Below, piece after piece: positions 23,150 through 35,900 of a DNA stretch of 64,000 bases. Position 1 is the stretch's first letter. Each line of letters begins with the position of its first letter. Both the position numbers and the translations under genes were made by a program. The notes under the pieces are model-generated. The model was not told the DNA's origin, did no database searches, and saw only the letters and a program-made list of their open reading frames with translations. This DNA is from Lama guanicoe (taxonomy: Eukaryota), in the NCBI GenBank assembly GCA_013239625.1, contig MU053431.1:2444485-2508484 (forward strand), in the 5' to 3' direction.

Positions 23150-24060
23150 CCCCTCCCAGATCCCGCAGCTCGCGTAGCAGCACCCCGCGAGGAAGCCGGC
23201 CCGCCGGACGCCACGGCCTGCCGGCGCCGGGCTCGGGAGGGGGCGGGGCGTTGAGCGGGCGGGCGCGGGCCGCACCTCTTCCCCGCCCAGCGCGGGAGCG
23301 ACCGGCGCGGGAGCAGACGGACGGGGCGGGGCCGGGCCGGGCCGCGGGGCAGGCCAATGGGCACGCGGGGGCGGGGCAGCCCGGCCAGCCCGGCCCGGCC
23401 CGGCCCGGGGCCGCGTCCCGAGTGTCCGCCCTCGCCGCTGCAGGCCTGGTGCCCGGCCGGCCGGCCATGGAGGCCGAGCGTCCCCCGGCGCCCGGCCCGG
23501 GCTGCGGGGGTCCCCCTCCCCGCGCCGCCGGCCGGGACCCCGCGGCCACGCTCGTGTCGGTGCCCGCGCCGCCGCAGGTACCGGGCGCGGGGCACCGGCA
23601 AAGTTCCCGCTGCGAAGATGGCGCCGGGCTGCACGAACTTTGGGCCCCCGGGCGGGGCGAGCGAGGGCGGCACGTCTTCGCGCGTGTCCGTGGGGCCGGC
23701 GGGGCTGGGCCGGCGCCCGGAGCGCTTCCCGCCGCCGCAGCCGGGGGCGGGGCCGGAGGCGGGGCCGCACCGGCCACAGCCGGTTTCGGGGCGGGCGCCC
23801 GCGAGTTGGGGTGGCGGCGGGGTTGGGGACCCGGCCGCTGTCCCGGCTGAGCCGCCCGCGTCCGCAGGGCCCTGCTGTGGAGTTCGCGCTGCCTGAGGAG
23901 CCGGAGCCGCGGGCCGCGGACCTCGGGGCCCCGGGGGCGGGGGCGGGGGCTGCGGGGCCCCGGGCGCCTTTGGCGCACGTCCCGGTGCCAGTGCATAGGT
24001 GAGCCGGGGCCCGCGAGCCGGGCCGAGGGGGGCGTGTGCACACGTGCGCCCGCGTGTGCA
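23150..24060. promoter_or_regulatory. CpG island / SLC2A4RG promoter
   Basis: Dense CpG, multiple GGGGCGGGG boxes, CCAAT at 23354-23358, YY1-type AAGATGGCG at 23615-23623. Confidence 0.85.
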
Positions 24061-26559
24061 GGGGTGGTGGGTGGGGCACGGGCAGGAGCCTTCCCGACCC
24101 CACCCCCGTAGAGGGCCTCGGTGGAGGGCAGGTCAGGGTCCTGACCTGGGTTTCTGCTCCCACCTCCCAACTCTTCAGCCTTGGAGGAGTTGATCAGAAA
24201 TGACCAACGTGTTAGTAGGCCTCGTTCCCCCCAAACCATGGGGGCGAGTGCGCAGAACTAGGAGAGAGCGGTTGTCTGTCTCTGTGCAGAAGAGGCTGCG
24301 GGCCGGTGTGGAAGCGACTATCCAGGAATCCCGGGCCCCTGGTGGCCATCTCCCCGGCCCTGCAAGCTGTGAAACCCTCCAGGATGCCTGACACCCGCGC
24401 TGACTGCGCAGGCAGGGGCGGGCTCTGGTCTGGCCGGCTGGGGCCTGGGGCCCGGCTTGTGCTTGGAGCCCAGTCTCCCCTGGCTGCTGCTGACTGCTGG
24501 CTGCTCCCGCCCTCCCAGGCCTGGCACTAGGCCCACAGCTGCTGTTGCACAACCCTGGTTAATGTGTGATTGGGGGAGGGCTGGACCTGGCCTGGGCTGG
24601 CCCCACCAGCGGGGCCTCAGACCCCTGTCCAGCACCAGGGTCTGAAGACACCACCTGGAAAAAGCCCAGGCTGCAGAGAAGTCAGGCTGAGGGAGGACCC
24701 CTGCCCAGGCCAGTTCTTGGTGGTTCCTGGAGATTTGGGGCTTGGCCACCTGAGCTGGGGGTGGGTCTGGGCCTCCTGCCCAGCTCCTGGAGTGAGGGAG
24801 TCTGGTGCACACACGTGCCCAGGCCTGCACGTGTACTGGGCCATGGGAGGGGCCTGAAGTACTTCCTGGGCCCCACCTGCACCCCGCCCGCATCTCCTCC
24901 AGAGCCCCCCGAGGAAAGGCCCAGCCCGATGAGGTCATGGCTGCTGCAGCCCTCACAAGCCTGTCCACCAGCCCCCTCCTGCTGGGGGCCCCAGCTGTAG
25001 CCTTCAGCACAGGTGAGACTTAGAAGCCTGGCTTGGGGTGGGGGTGGTGGCAGGGCCCAGGACCACTGTCCCTCCAGTACCCTACAAGCCTCCAAGCCCC
25101 TGTGCAGTAAGCAGAGGCCCCCTATCCTGGAACACCATCTTCTAAATGCATCTCTTGAGGCCTAAAATGTACCTCAGGACCCCCTCTGCCCCTCACCGAG
25201 GCCCAAGCTGCAGTGCCCAGGCATGTAGGCCTGTGTGATCTGTCCATCTCCTGGCTGGCTAGGTGTCTGCCCACACGGGACTGTTCTGTTTTTCCTTCCA
25301 TGTGCTGGAGAGGCTAGTCAGCTCCTACTGTAGCCAACTCCTGACCACTGCCTCTTCCAAGAGGTCCTTTCCCACCAAGCTCACCTGAGAACAGGTGAAC
25401 AGGTGGAGGCTCCGAGTTAAGGGCCTCGAAGCCAGTTTCTGCAAAGCAGCCTGAGCCCACCGGAAGTGCCAGCAGTGGCACTGGTATGTCCCTGCAGAGC
25501 CCAGCTTGGAGCCCTGGAAGGAGGCCCTGGTGCGGCCACTGAGCAGCTGCAGCAGTGGGGACTGGGGCTGGGACGTGGCCAGTGACCAGTCCTCTCCATC
25601 TACACCGTCGCCCCCGCTGCCTCCTGAGGCAGCCCACTTCCTGTTCGGGGAGCCTGCCCTGAGGAAGAGGAAGGTGAGCCTGAGGATAGCCCACTGGGCA
25701 GGATGGACACAGGTGGCCAAGCCTGACCCCTGGCCATTGTCACCCAGAGCTCGCTGCAGGTCCTGTTCCAGTGTCTGTGGAAGCGCTGCGGGAAGGTGCT
25801 GAGCACGGCCTCTGGGATGCAGAGACACATCCGCCTGGTGCACCTGGGGTGCGGTGGGGCCGGCGGTGGGGGGTGGGGGAGCGGCCAGGCTGGGTTCCGC
25901 TTCAGCTCCACCCACCGCGCCCCCAGCAGGCGGCAGGCCGAGCCCGAGCAGAGTGATGGCGAGGAGGACTTCTACTACACAGAGCTGGACGTCGGCATGG
26001 ACTCGCTGACCGAGGGGCTGTTCAGCCTGACCCCGGGGTCCCCCACGGCCTCCATACCACCCTCCTTCCCCCGCCTGGAGCTGCTGGAGCCCCCGGAGCC
26101 CCCAGCCCTGCCCACTCTGCTGCACCCACTGGCCCTGCCCCCACCCCCAGTGCTGAGCTCCGCAGCATCCCCCCAGGTGTGCCACAGTGACCATGCCTAC
26201 CAGGTAGGTGAGGCCACTGGCAGCTGCTGGGTCCGGGTCTTGGGGTGCTCCGGAGGAGTGTGAGGCCACAGCTGTGTCTCCTCTCAGGGCTGCCAGGCAC
26301 CCACCCTGCTGGAGCCACAGCCCACCCCAGCCCTGCCCGCCAAGCTTGGTGCCAGTCTAAGGTGCGTGTATGTAGAGGGGCTGGGGCAGGCACCAGGCAG
26401 GGAGGGTCCCAGCCCAGCAGCACCCATGGCCTCATGTGTCCCCCCAGGAAGCCCCGAGGTGATGCCAAGAAGTGCCGGAAAGTGTACGGCATGGACCGTC
26501 GGGACCTGTGGTGCACAGCCTGCCGCTGGAAGAAGGCCTGCCAGCGCTTCCTGGACTGA
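23467..26559 (+). CDS. SLC2A4RG: SLC2A4 regulator (GEF/HDBP1), ~362 aa. Coding exons 23467-23577, 23868-23998, 24903-25012, 25498-25673, 25748-25848, 25930(or 25927)-26203, 26288-26361, 26448-26559
   Basis: [17 protein letters not shown] (CR1), C2H2 finger [36 protein letters not shown] (CR2), C-clamp [37 protein letters not shown]; 1089 nt in frame. Confidence 0.95.
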
Positions 26560-27149
26560 GCCCCCCCACACCGAGGCCTTTCCTAGCTGCAGGGTTTTCT
26601 AACTAGGGGGGCCCCCACCATTCAAAGTGCCTCTGAAGAAACCAGCCTTTTGCACTAAAGCCAAACCTCACAGCTGTCCCCTTGGCCCGGGATCCCCAGG
26701 GGTGGCCGCCCCTGCCTGTTGGCCCTGGACTTGTCAGGGGTGTGATGAGCCCAGCTTTGTGGCCACGTGGGGCCCAGTCCTCAATGCACTTTGAGGGGGT
26801 GTTGGGGAGGGGGCTCCCCCACCTGCACTTAACCTGACCATTTGAGGGCCTGGGATGGACATTTGTACCGTGTTTTCAAAGCTCAGGTGTCTCAAGTCTG
26901 GGCCGAACCAGGCGAGAAGAAAAATTAAAGATTTGGGGTTTTTCCAAAAGCCGTTTCTGTCTACTGGGTTGGGGAGGACATGGAACTGGGGTCCTGCCAT
27001 GGGCAGGAGCAGTGGGTGGGCAGGCAGGAGGCCAGCAACCAGGCTGCCTGGGGGTGGGGGTCACTGGCCACCTGGACCCAGGTGAGGCTGGAGGAGGGGA
27101 CACTGTCTGAAACACACAAGAGGCATCTACTCAAGCAGCAATTTCCCAA

Positions 27150-27155
27150 TTTATT
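27150..27155 (-). terminator. Distal poly(A) signal of ZBTB46 (AATAAA on minus strand); proximal candidate at 28003-28008
   Basis: TTTATT on + strand at the end of the long AT-rich ZBTB46 3' region. Confidence 0.55.
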
Positions 27156-27336
27156 GAAAGTGATCGCTTTGTAAGAATGTCTAACTAATCCCGTCACAGA
27201 AAGGCCCAGAGTGCGCCCAGGCAGACAAGAAATCTCAAGACCACTAGGCGAAGTGCTGTTTACCTGTCAGCGGCACAGGGAGCAGACAGCAGAGCTGTGA
27301 CACCCCATCGACTGATTACGAGAAACTCCCCCAAGT

Positions 27337-27342
27337 AATAAA
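27337..27342 (+). terminator. Candidate poly(A) signal AATAAA of SLC2A4RG (second at 27378-27383; ATTAAA variant near 26924)
   Basis: First canonical AATAAA seen downstream of the SLC2A4RG stop. Confidence 0.5.
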
Positions 27343-29402
27343 CACATCTCCAGCACAAACACAGGTTTGTAATAATTAATAAAAATCGGTATAGTATAGA
27401 TTATCCCCAGAAAAAAAGTCAACAGTCTTCAAACACTGCCTGTTTTTTGTCTGTTTTGTCTTTGTTGACAGGTTGAAAGCATGTTGAAAAAATAAATATT
27501 TAAGAGAAGCACACAGCGCCCTCACTACACGTAGTTCTAAAAAGGGCCGCACACGAAACACAACATAGGGTCTAAAAAACAGAAACACCATTAAGTATGG
27601 CTTTCTTAAGAGTTGCACATGTCACAGAATAAGCGAAAATAATATTATCTTTCATCATATTGCAAAAAGTTCCAGTTTTTGCATTTTCTCAGGGTTTTCT
27701 TTTTAAAAGGAAGATGTGCAAAGTTGGAAGCAGTAGCTGTGTCTTCAGCAGAGGCCCCTATCGAGTCCTGGCAGTGTTGTGACTGTCCCCCAGACCAGAG
27801 TCCAAACCTACAGCCTGGTCAGGATCCAGAGTTTGATACACAAGTCTTGGTTTCCCAGCCCCCCACCCCACCCGCAAAGACCCTGCCACCTGACGGACCG
27901 TGTTCCACGGTGTTGCCAATGCCAAGTACAGACACACACAAACAGAGAAGTACAAAATGTGAAATGTAATCTGCACGTCTTTTTCCTGTTCATAAAAAAA
28001 TATTTATTAGTTTAAACATTGATTTGGGGGGAAAAAATCACGTAAAAAAACCATTACACGTTTTTTCCCTCCATGCCTCCTGAGAGGCTATGTGTTCGTC
28101 TCATCTCTGAAATTCAGCACTGAGTTTACCGCACACGAGAATAAACAACACTGGGGGCTCGGGGGCAGGAAGTGGGACCCTCAGTTTTCCTGGAAAGTAC
28201 TGTTTCAGGGAAGAAAATGCCCCGGTGGCACTGACGGCAACACCCCGGAAAGGGGACAGGGCAGCAAGGGTGGTCCCGCACGGGGAGCGAGCAGGGCGGA
28301 GAGCGGGAGTCCTGAGTGCGGGGCAGAGGTGGCCCGGGTCGTGGGCAGGACGGCCTGAGAGGTGGGCCCGGGACCAAACCCAGAGACACTTGGTAGCAAA
28401 GGTCTGGTTTCCAAATGCGTTTTATAAGAAAGGAAGTCTGTTTATAAAAGGGTTAGAAAGTTGGGGAAAGGGACACGGGTGAGCGCCCTGCTGACAGGCT
28501 CAGCCAGGCCTCCTGTGAAAGGCAGAAGGGGACCGGAGCCCCCAGCACCGGACCCCCCCTCCCCCAGCCCCCGCGCCAGCCTTGAGGAGCTCACAGCTTC
28601 CCCAGCTGTGGTGGGGGGGAGCGCAGCCCTCTTCTACGGATGGTATTCAAAACAAAAAACAAAGCTGTGACTTCTCCCCTGGGCAAGACTTCAGGTCAGC
28701 ACCCTTGGCCAGCCGCCCCCAACCCCAGCAGCCGGGAGGCTGTGCTCGGGTCGCCACCACTGGCCCCAGACGGTCTGCGGGGTTTTCCTTTCTCCGCCTG
28801 GAAAACCGCCGGGCTGACGGCTGTGGGAAACGAGTGGAAAAGCCCAGCGCCACCTGTGGCGCCCCAGCTCAGCACCCAAGGGGTCCTGCAGTGACAGACA
28901 GACGGCCCGCGACAGGAGCAGCGAGCTGGGAGGCACGGAATGTCTGTGTCATGGGCCTGGTCAGGACCCGCGGGAAGGAAGACAGACCGGTCTGGGCCCT
29001 GCAACCTGGGAGGGAGACGTCCTCACAACGCAATGCAGGGCCTTGGCAGCTCAGAAAAGAGCGCTGACAGGTCGCGAGCAAGACCTGGAAACACGCCAAA
29101 GAAAAAGACAGCCCGCAGGCTCCGTCGCGAGGAGGATGACACTGAACAGAACCACTTCACGCGATTACCTGCTACCTTAGGACTCAGGCAGTCTGGTTAC
29201 CCACGCGGGGAGGGGCGCGGCAGCGGGACACCCTCCAGTGTTAGCAGCAATGAAGGCAAGCCCGCCGGGAGGGTCAGCAGGACGGGCCTGGGCGGCAGAC
29301 GGCCCGGGCCCTGAGAAGTGCACGCAGAACGTGGAGCAGGCCCTGCAGCGGGAGCACCCGGCTCCGCGGCCGCCCCACGGAAGATAGCACCTGGGAGCCC
29401 GG

Positions 29403-29452
29403 CCCGCGGTCAGCAGCTGCCCCGTGGTCAGCAGCTGCCCCGCGTTCAGCAC
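29403..29452. repeat. 18-bp tandem repeat (~2.7 copies) in the ZBTB46 3'UTR
   Basis: cccgcggtcagcagctgc / cccgtggtcagcagctgc / cccgcgttcagcac. Confidence 0.75.
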
Positions 29453-29907
29453 CAGAGCCCGGAGGCAGGGGGGCCGCGGGGCTTTCCGGACACGGGACCT
29501 GGACCCGGACCCTGCAGGGTGGCCGCAGAGCCAGTGGTCTGGGGTGCAGCGGCCGCAGGCAGTGACCAGGCTGCAGAGGCGGAGGGGGAGAGGGGGGAGG
29601 GTGGACACGGTGCCAGGTCTGCAGCTCCCGGACCTGAGCCCCCGGGGACGCACCTGGGAGCCCGGCGGTGTCCACCCTTTCCTGGCCTCAGACCACAGTG
29701 CGCCGGAGCCCAGACCGTGGGCTCCCCCGTTGCCCACCACTCCCACCTGCTGTGGAGACCACACAGCTCCCTGGCTGCCCCCGCACCCCGGCTCCACGCT
29801 CGGCTGGAGCCCCACTCACTTCTGAACCCACGGGCTGGCATCTGCGCACATCGGGGGTGGGGCACACACGCCAGCGGCGGAGGCAGACAGGAGGCCCCAG
29901 CCCCAGC

Positions 29908-32900
29908 CTAGGAGATCCAGGTGAAGTCCTTGTCGCCACCCCCTGCGGGGCTGTGGGGCCCCCGTGGCGAGTCCTCGTCCTCCTTGTCATCCCCCAGCAG
30001 CACGTCCTCGTGGGCCAGGCCCACGTCGTCCTCATCCTCGCCCAGCTCCTCCTCGCCCTCGCCGCGCGGGTCCTCAGGGTCCTCTAGGTACGGCCCATCG
30101 CCAGCAAACAGCTCAGGGGAGCCCTCGGCGCCCCTGCTGTCCAGGGGCCCGGCCCCGCTGCGACCTGCGCAGTCTGCGCACACACCGTGGCGTCGCGAGC
30201 CATGCTTGATGCCCACGCTGGCGGCCGACATGAACACGCGGCTGCACAGTTTACACACGTACTTCTTGTCCTTGCTGTGGACCTGCGGGGACAGGATGGT
30301 CAGTGCCGGGGGAGGGCGGTCAGTGCAGGCGGACAGCAGGCAACAGGCCTGCTCAGGCCCCTGACTCTGGCTGGGGCCACTGCACACACAGAACTGCAGG
30401 TGCCACCAACACTCATCCCTGTCCAGAAGGGCGTGGGCAGTCGGCGGGCTGTGTCCCTCCCCTCATCGGGGCTGGTCTGTCCAGAGCTCAGGTCTGCTTG
30501 AGGGTCATGCTGTCTCCTCTGCCTCGCTCCCTACATTTCTCTGCAGACGCTGAGCAATGATCTCTGAATTCTGCCCTCTGAGGGGAGAAGCCCCCACAGC
30601 TGCTGGCTAGGGCCTGAAGGCCTGAGGGGGCCAGGTGGCTTGGAGGCCGGGTGATGGGAGCCCCAGGACAGCGGTGACCGGGAATGACTCAAGGCACCTG
30701 TCTCCTGAGAAATCCGGGCAGGGCGTCTGGGAGCTGGGCCAAGTGCGGACCTGGGCAGGAGGGCCGGGGGCTCGCCAAGGGGAACCCCAACTGCCACTTC
30801 AGTGCTCCTCCTACCGCTGTGAACCCGCTTCCTAGAGTGACCAGTGCTGCCTCCCTCCTCTGGGCCCAGAGAACCCCGGCCCAGGGCCTGCGAGGACTGT
30901 CCTGGACCAGCCCCGCCCGCCGCCCACTCACCAGCGTGTGCCGTTTCATGTGCTCGCGCCTGGTGAACTTCTTCCCGCAGATCTCACAGGGGTAGGGCCG
31001 CTCGCCGGTGTGGGAGCGCATGTGCCTCTTGAGGATGCACTGGTGCATGGCCGAGAAGCTGCAGTACGGGCATTTGAACTTCTTCCTGATCACCGCGAAC
31101 TCGTTGACTGGAAGACAGCAGACGGTGTTGAGCCCAGCGCCATGCACCCGCCACCCCCCACAACCCACTCGGACCCCTGCCCCAGAGCCCAGTCTCCACT
31201 CGGGGCTTGGGCTTCCCTGCAGGGCTGATGTCCGGAGCTGCGGGACAGGCCAGGGCCCCAGGCCAGAGGTGACGGCCCCCACTTTCTAAGAACACTTCTC
31301 AGGTCAGCCAGCATCTCCCACATCAGCCCCCAAAACACAGAGTCCACACACGGAGTCCCGGCAGGAACGCCAGCACGGACGCGGGCAGGAGCCAGCGGGG
31401 CCACCGCCCCATCCACACGTCTCACGCCCGCATGCCCGGACACCCGCGCGCCTGCGCACCCGCACGCCCGCACGTCCACAGGCTGGTGGCTTTACCCAGA
31501 GCAGAGCTGCTGCCTGGTGGACACAGCCCAGCAAGAGGCTGGCCAGCCCCAAAGGCACAGTGAGCCTCTGCCGCAGGGTGTGGGTCATCCCCACTCTCCC
31601 TCCCCTCATGAGGGGAGTTAGAAGTCGGGGTCCCCGGTGTCAGTCCTGCCATGCAAGGCCCCCCACTGGGTACAGAGGCAGCTCACCCCGAGTGACGCCA
31701 CAGCCACCCCCTCTGGCGTCGGGGGCATCTGCCCTGTGCCCAGGCCCCAGGCCCCCTCACCCCAGGCTCACTGGGGTTTCTGGGAGCAGCCCAAGTACTG
31801 GGCAGCATTTCCTCCCACGGGAGAAGCCTGGGGCAGCCGTCTGGTCTCCGGCATCTGGGAGCAGCTTCCTGGCGCTCACACCGCCCACAACCTGGACGGC
31901 CACAGCGGACATCCGCCAGCTGTGCAGTGGCACCGGCGCCCAGGGGACAGACCCAGGGTCCCGACGGCCGGGCCAAAGGCAGGCTGGTGGAACCAACCCT
32001 AACCAGCAGGAGCGGGACCCTGATCAGACCCCTGCGAGCATCCAGGCACAGCAGGCTCCAGCCTCCATCACAGCCACCCCGGAGATGCCAAGAGGGAAGC
32101 AGATGAGAAAACAAAGGCCACAGTGTCACGTTGCCCACAGGAGTGGGGAGAGGCTGGGAAGCTGACCAGAAGCTGGCCCTCCTCGCTGGGGGGAGCCCGC
32201 CAGTCTGCTGCAAGAAGACCAGACAGCTTGAGAGCCCTGCACCCCGGACCCCGGGTCACACAGAGGCAGGGACCCTCACCACCATCTCCGTGAAGCGTGC
32301 CGCCTGGGCCCCCACCCATCCTGCTGCTCGGACCCCCAGCCATGGGCATGTCACCACTGAAATGGCACCAACTGGGCGGCCCAGCACAGTGACCCTGAGC
32401 ACTGCGGCCTGGACGCCAGGCCCCTGCACACATGTGAGGCTGCGCCGGCTCTGCAGCTCCATTCCTGAAACACGCCCGCTGGAGTGTGGGAAAAACACCG
32501 AGCGGAACATTTTTTCTGACTCGTTAAACAAGCTGTGCAGCCTCTCCTGAGACTTCGTAAAGGGGGTCCATGCATCAAGCAACCAGATTTCTTTATCTTC
32601 CAGAACACAGGTCAGAGAGGCCATCTGGGGGTCTGCCAGGAGCCTGTCTGCTCTCCTGGACCTGAGAGCTCCTTACTCTGGGACCTCCTGCACCCCACAA
32701 ATGCCAGGCCGTAGCGGGGACACACCACCCCAGGTGACCCTGTACCTGCTCAGGCCTGACCGCTGCCCCAGCTGAGGCCATCGCGGCCCCAGGACAGGGC
32801 TGTGTGGACGGCATCATAGCTGATACGTGGCGCTGCCCTGGGCCCAGCCACCCGTCCACCCCCTTCACGGTTTCCGTGCCCAAACGCCTGGGAACGGTCA

Positions 32901-35900
32901 CCAGACACTGTCCTAAGAGGAGAGGCATTTTGGTACATGCAGGAGCGTGTGTGAGCGCGTGTGGCTGGGAGCTGGGGCGGGAGGGCTGGCGCCTCCCGGG
33001 GAAGGCACACGAAGCAGGAGATGGGGACAGTCCCCGTGTCCCATCACACACAGTAACCACGGTCCACCACGTACCATGCTGAGACCACCTTTCAAGCCAT
33101 GATTTTTATCTGTAGGTTCTTAAATGTGTGAGTGTGTCATATTTGATTAGACAGAAATCCTACTGTCGAACGTGTACGTTGTCTAGGTTTTCTATCCTGT
33201 GAATGATGCTTTGTAAGGTCCCCACGGGAGAACATCTGCACTCAGAGATAGACCCTGAGTCGCGCGCCAAGCAGGCCCGTGCGCCGCTCTCTCAGCCTCC
33301 TGAGGGCACGGGGGACACAGACCACGGCCACACTGCCAGCAGCACTGCACCCCGCAGACTCAGCCGGCGGGCCGGGGAGGCAACCAGAATGTCCAGCAGC
33401 TCTGCCATGGGTGAGGAGCCAGCCCTCCCCAGGCAGGGCTCCCATGCCCCGACGGAGGGCACCCCCAGCCGGGGGGGTCCCACGGAGGGTGCCGAGCCGG
33501 GAAGGAGGGACAGGCACCCAGCCCGGCATGTCCAGCGCGGGACCCCCTCTGGGAGCTGGGCCAGGCACCTCCTGCTCTTTGCCTCGTCCCTCGGACCACT
33601 GGGCCCACCCGGCTGCCCATCAGCGAGGCCGCACCAGTGCTGCCCGTGCGTCCCCACGGGTTCCCTCAGCATGAGACCTTGATTTTCGTGTCATCACGGA
33701 GTACAGCAAGGGTGCCACCCATTCTGGGGTGGAAAAGGAGACCAGGGAGGTGAGCTTTTAGGTTATTGTATTTAAAACAGCCTTTCTGAGAACACAGTTA
33801 GCCACTGCTTCTATTCTGCTTCTATTCACACAGCAATTTAAACTTGAACGCTTATTCTAGCCTGTGTTTAACAACTCAGGCCTACATGTTTAAGAAAGAA
33901 CTTATCTCTGTACTAAGTTGCTGGGTTTTCCCCTAGAACAACAATTCAGGGTGCACAGACCAGGGTATGATGCGCCATCAGGGACCCCCCTCCGTCCTGC
34001 GCCTCTGGGGCCACCCCGCTGCAGGTGGCCCGCTTAGGACACGCCTTCCGAACTCGCCCCATGATGATGCACTTTGCTGTTTCCTTCATGTGTTATGAGT
34101 CTCTGTTGCTCATCTAACAAATACCACAAACTGGGCAGCTTAAAGCAACAGAAGCCTATCCTCGTCCAGTCCTGGAGACCAGACGTCTGAGGTCAAGCTG
34201 TCTTGGGGCCGCGCTCCCTCCGGAGGCTCCAGTGGAGGGACCTTCCTGCCTCTTCCAGCTTCTGGGGGCTCCAGGCGTCCCTGGGCTGGTGGCCGCCTCC
34301 CTCCCGTCTCTGCCTCCGTCTCCACGTGGCTTCTCCCTGTGTCTGTGTCTCTCCTCTTCTGTCTCTTTTAAGGATATTCATCACTGGATTTAGGGCCAAC
34401 TTGGATATTTCAAGATGATCTCATCTTGTGGTCCTTAATTTAATTATGTCTGTAATAGGGTCACATTCACAGGTTCCAGAAGTTAAAACATGCGTGTAAT
34501 CCTCTGGGTGGGAGGCACCATGCTACCTACCGTGAACAGTACCAATTCTCATGAACACTAACAAAGCCTTACAAATTCATAAAGTGAGAGAGCGATCAAA
34601 ACAAATGAAAAAGCACAAATGTTAAACTGAAACACTCTCCCCAGTCTGCCCTAAAAACAGAATCCTTTTTGTCTGGAATCAAGCTTCCAGGGTGAACAGC
34701 AACCTTGATAATCAGGAAGCCAAGTGAGAGGCTGGCACTAGTGTATTCAAAACATGAAGCTCAGTCACGCTGGGGTGCAACTTTACAGAAATGCATCCGC
34801 AAGAACACCGCTCAGCAAAGCCAGCCCAGAGGAAGCAGGCCTCCGCCTCGCACTGCGGGGAAGCAGGGCTGTGGTAAACGTCGCTGGCCAGTGACGTCCC
34901 AGAGCAACTTCATGATCACACCGAGGACTCCAGAAAAGGCTAGAGGACCAAAGGCGGGCGCAGGCTGCCAGTGAGCACAGGGGGCTCTGCAGGAGGGCAT
35001 GCGAGCCTTTCAGCCGTAACAGTCCTGGATTTTTATTCTTCCTCTGATTGTAATTTCTCAAGATGCTGCACTTCAAGTGCATTTCAGAAATGGACTCAAA
35101 CACGGACTTTTGCTTTTTCGTTTATAAACTTACAAGGCTACCGCTTTGTTTTGTTAGAATATAGTAAAGCTACGATGAGTCCTGATTATTTTAAGGAGGT
35201 TTTTAACCTTACGTGAAGCGCACAAGCTTCAGGTGTGCAGCTCAGTGAGTTTTTACTCTCACACGGACCCAGGGAACCACCATCTGAATGGGACACGTGG
35301 CACCCCTTGCGCCCCGAGGCTGGTCGATGGCCGCCCTGCCCTCCATCACCAGATGCTGGCTCTGCGGCTCGGCCGGGGGTCCCGACCGCTGGCTGCAGCG
35401 TGGCTGGCTCGGCACAGAGGCGGCCTGGGCTTGCTGGCTGCCGGGGGGTCTTCCACGTGCCCAAGGACCACGTGCACGTTCTGCAGCTGACGTGCACAGC
35501 GGGCCTCAGGCGGCTCTTGCGTGTCTTTTGGGGGACCAGGTTCTCCCTTCTGTTGGATGTGTGCCTGAGAGAGGACTCTATGGGCTCCACAGACACAGCC
35601 AAGGAGGCTTTTCATGGTGGCTGCACCAAAGTACGTTCCCACTGGCCATGCACGAGCCTGTTCCAGTCGGTCGTGGGCAGGAGTGCGGAGGGGCTGAGAC
35701 CTGGCTTTCATCAGCATCTCCTGGCCCTAGTGACCCCGAGCCCTGGGTCACTTGGACACCCTCTTCAGTGAAGTGCTTGTCCAAGCTTCTGATCATCTGA
35801 GCTGCTGAGCCTTTGAACTTTTCAGTTCTATGCATGCTTCTGAATATTCAGATGCGTTTACTGCAGATGCTCCAGACTGTGAGTGGCCCTTTCACTCTCA

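Noticed and set aside
23038-24239. Minus-strand ORFs of 211-389 aa over the SLC2A4RG promoter
   Set aside because: CpG-island stop-codon depletion; no recognisable domain.
29403-29452. Short direct repeats as CRISPR-like array (also 11436-11460, 13149-13168, ~33805-33827)
   Set aside because: Eukaryotic slippage-type micro-duplications with no spacer architecture.
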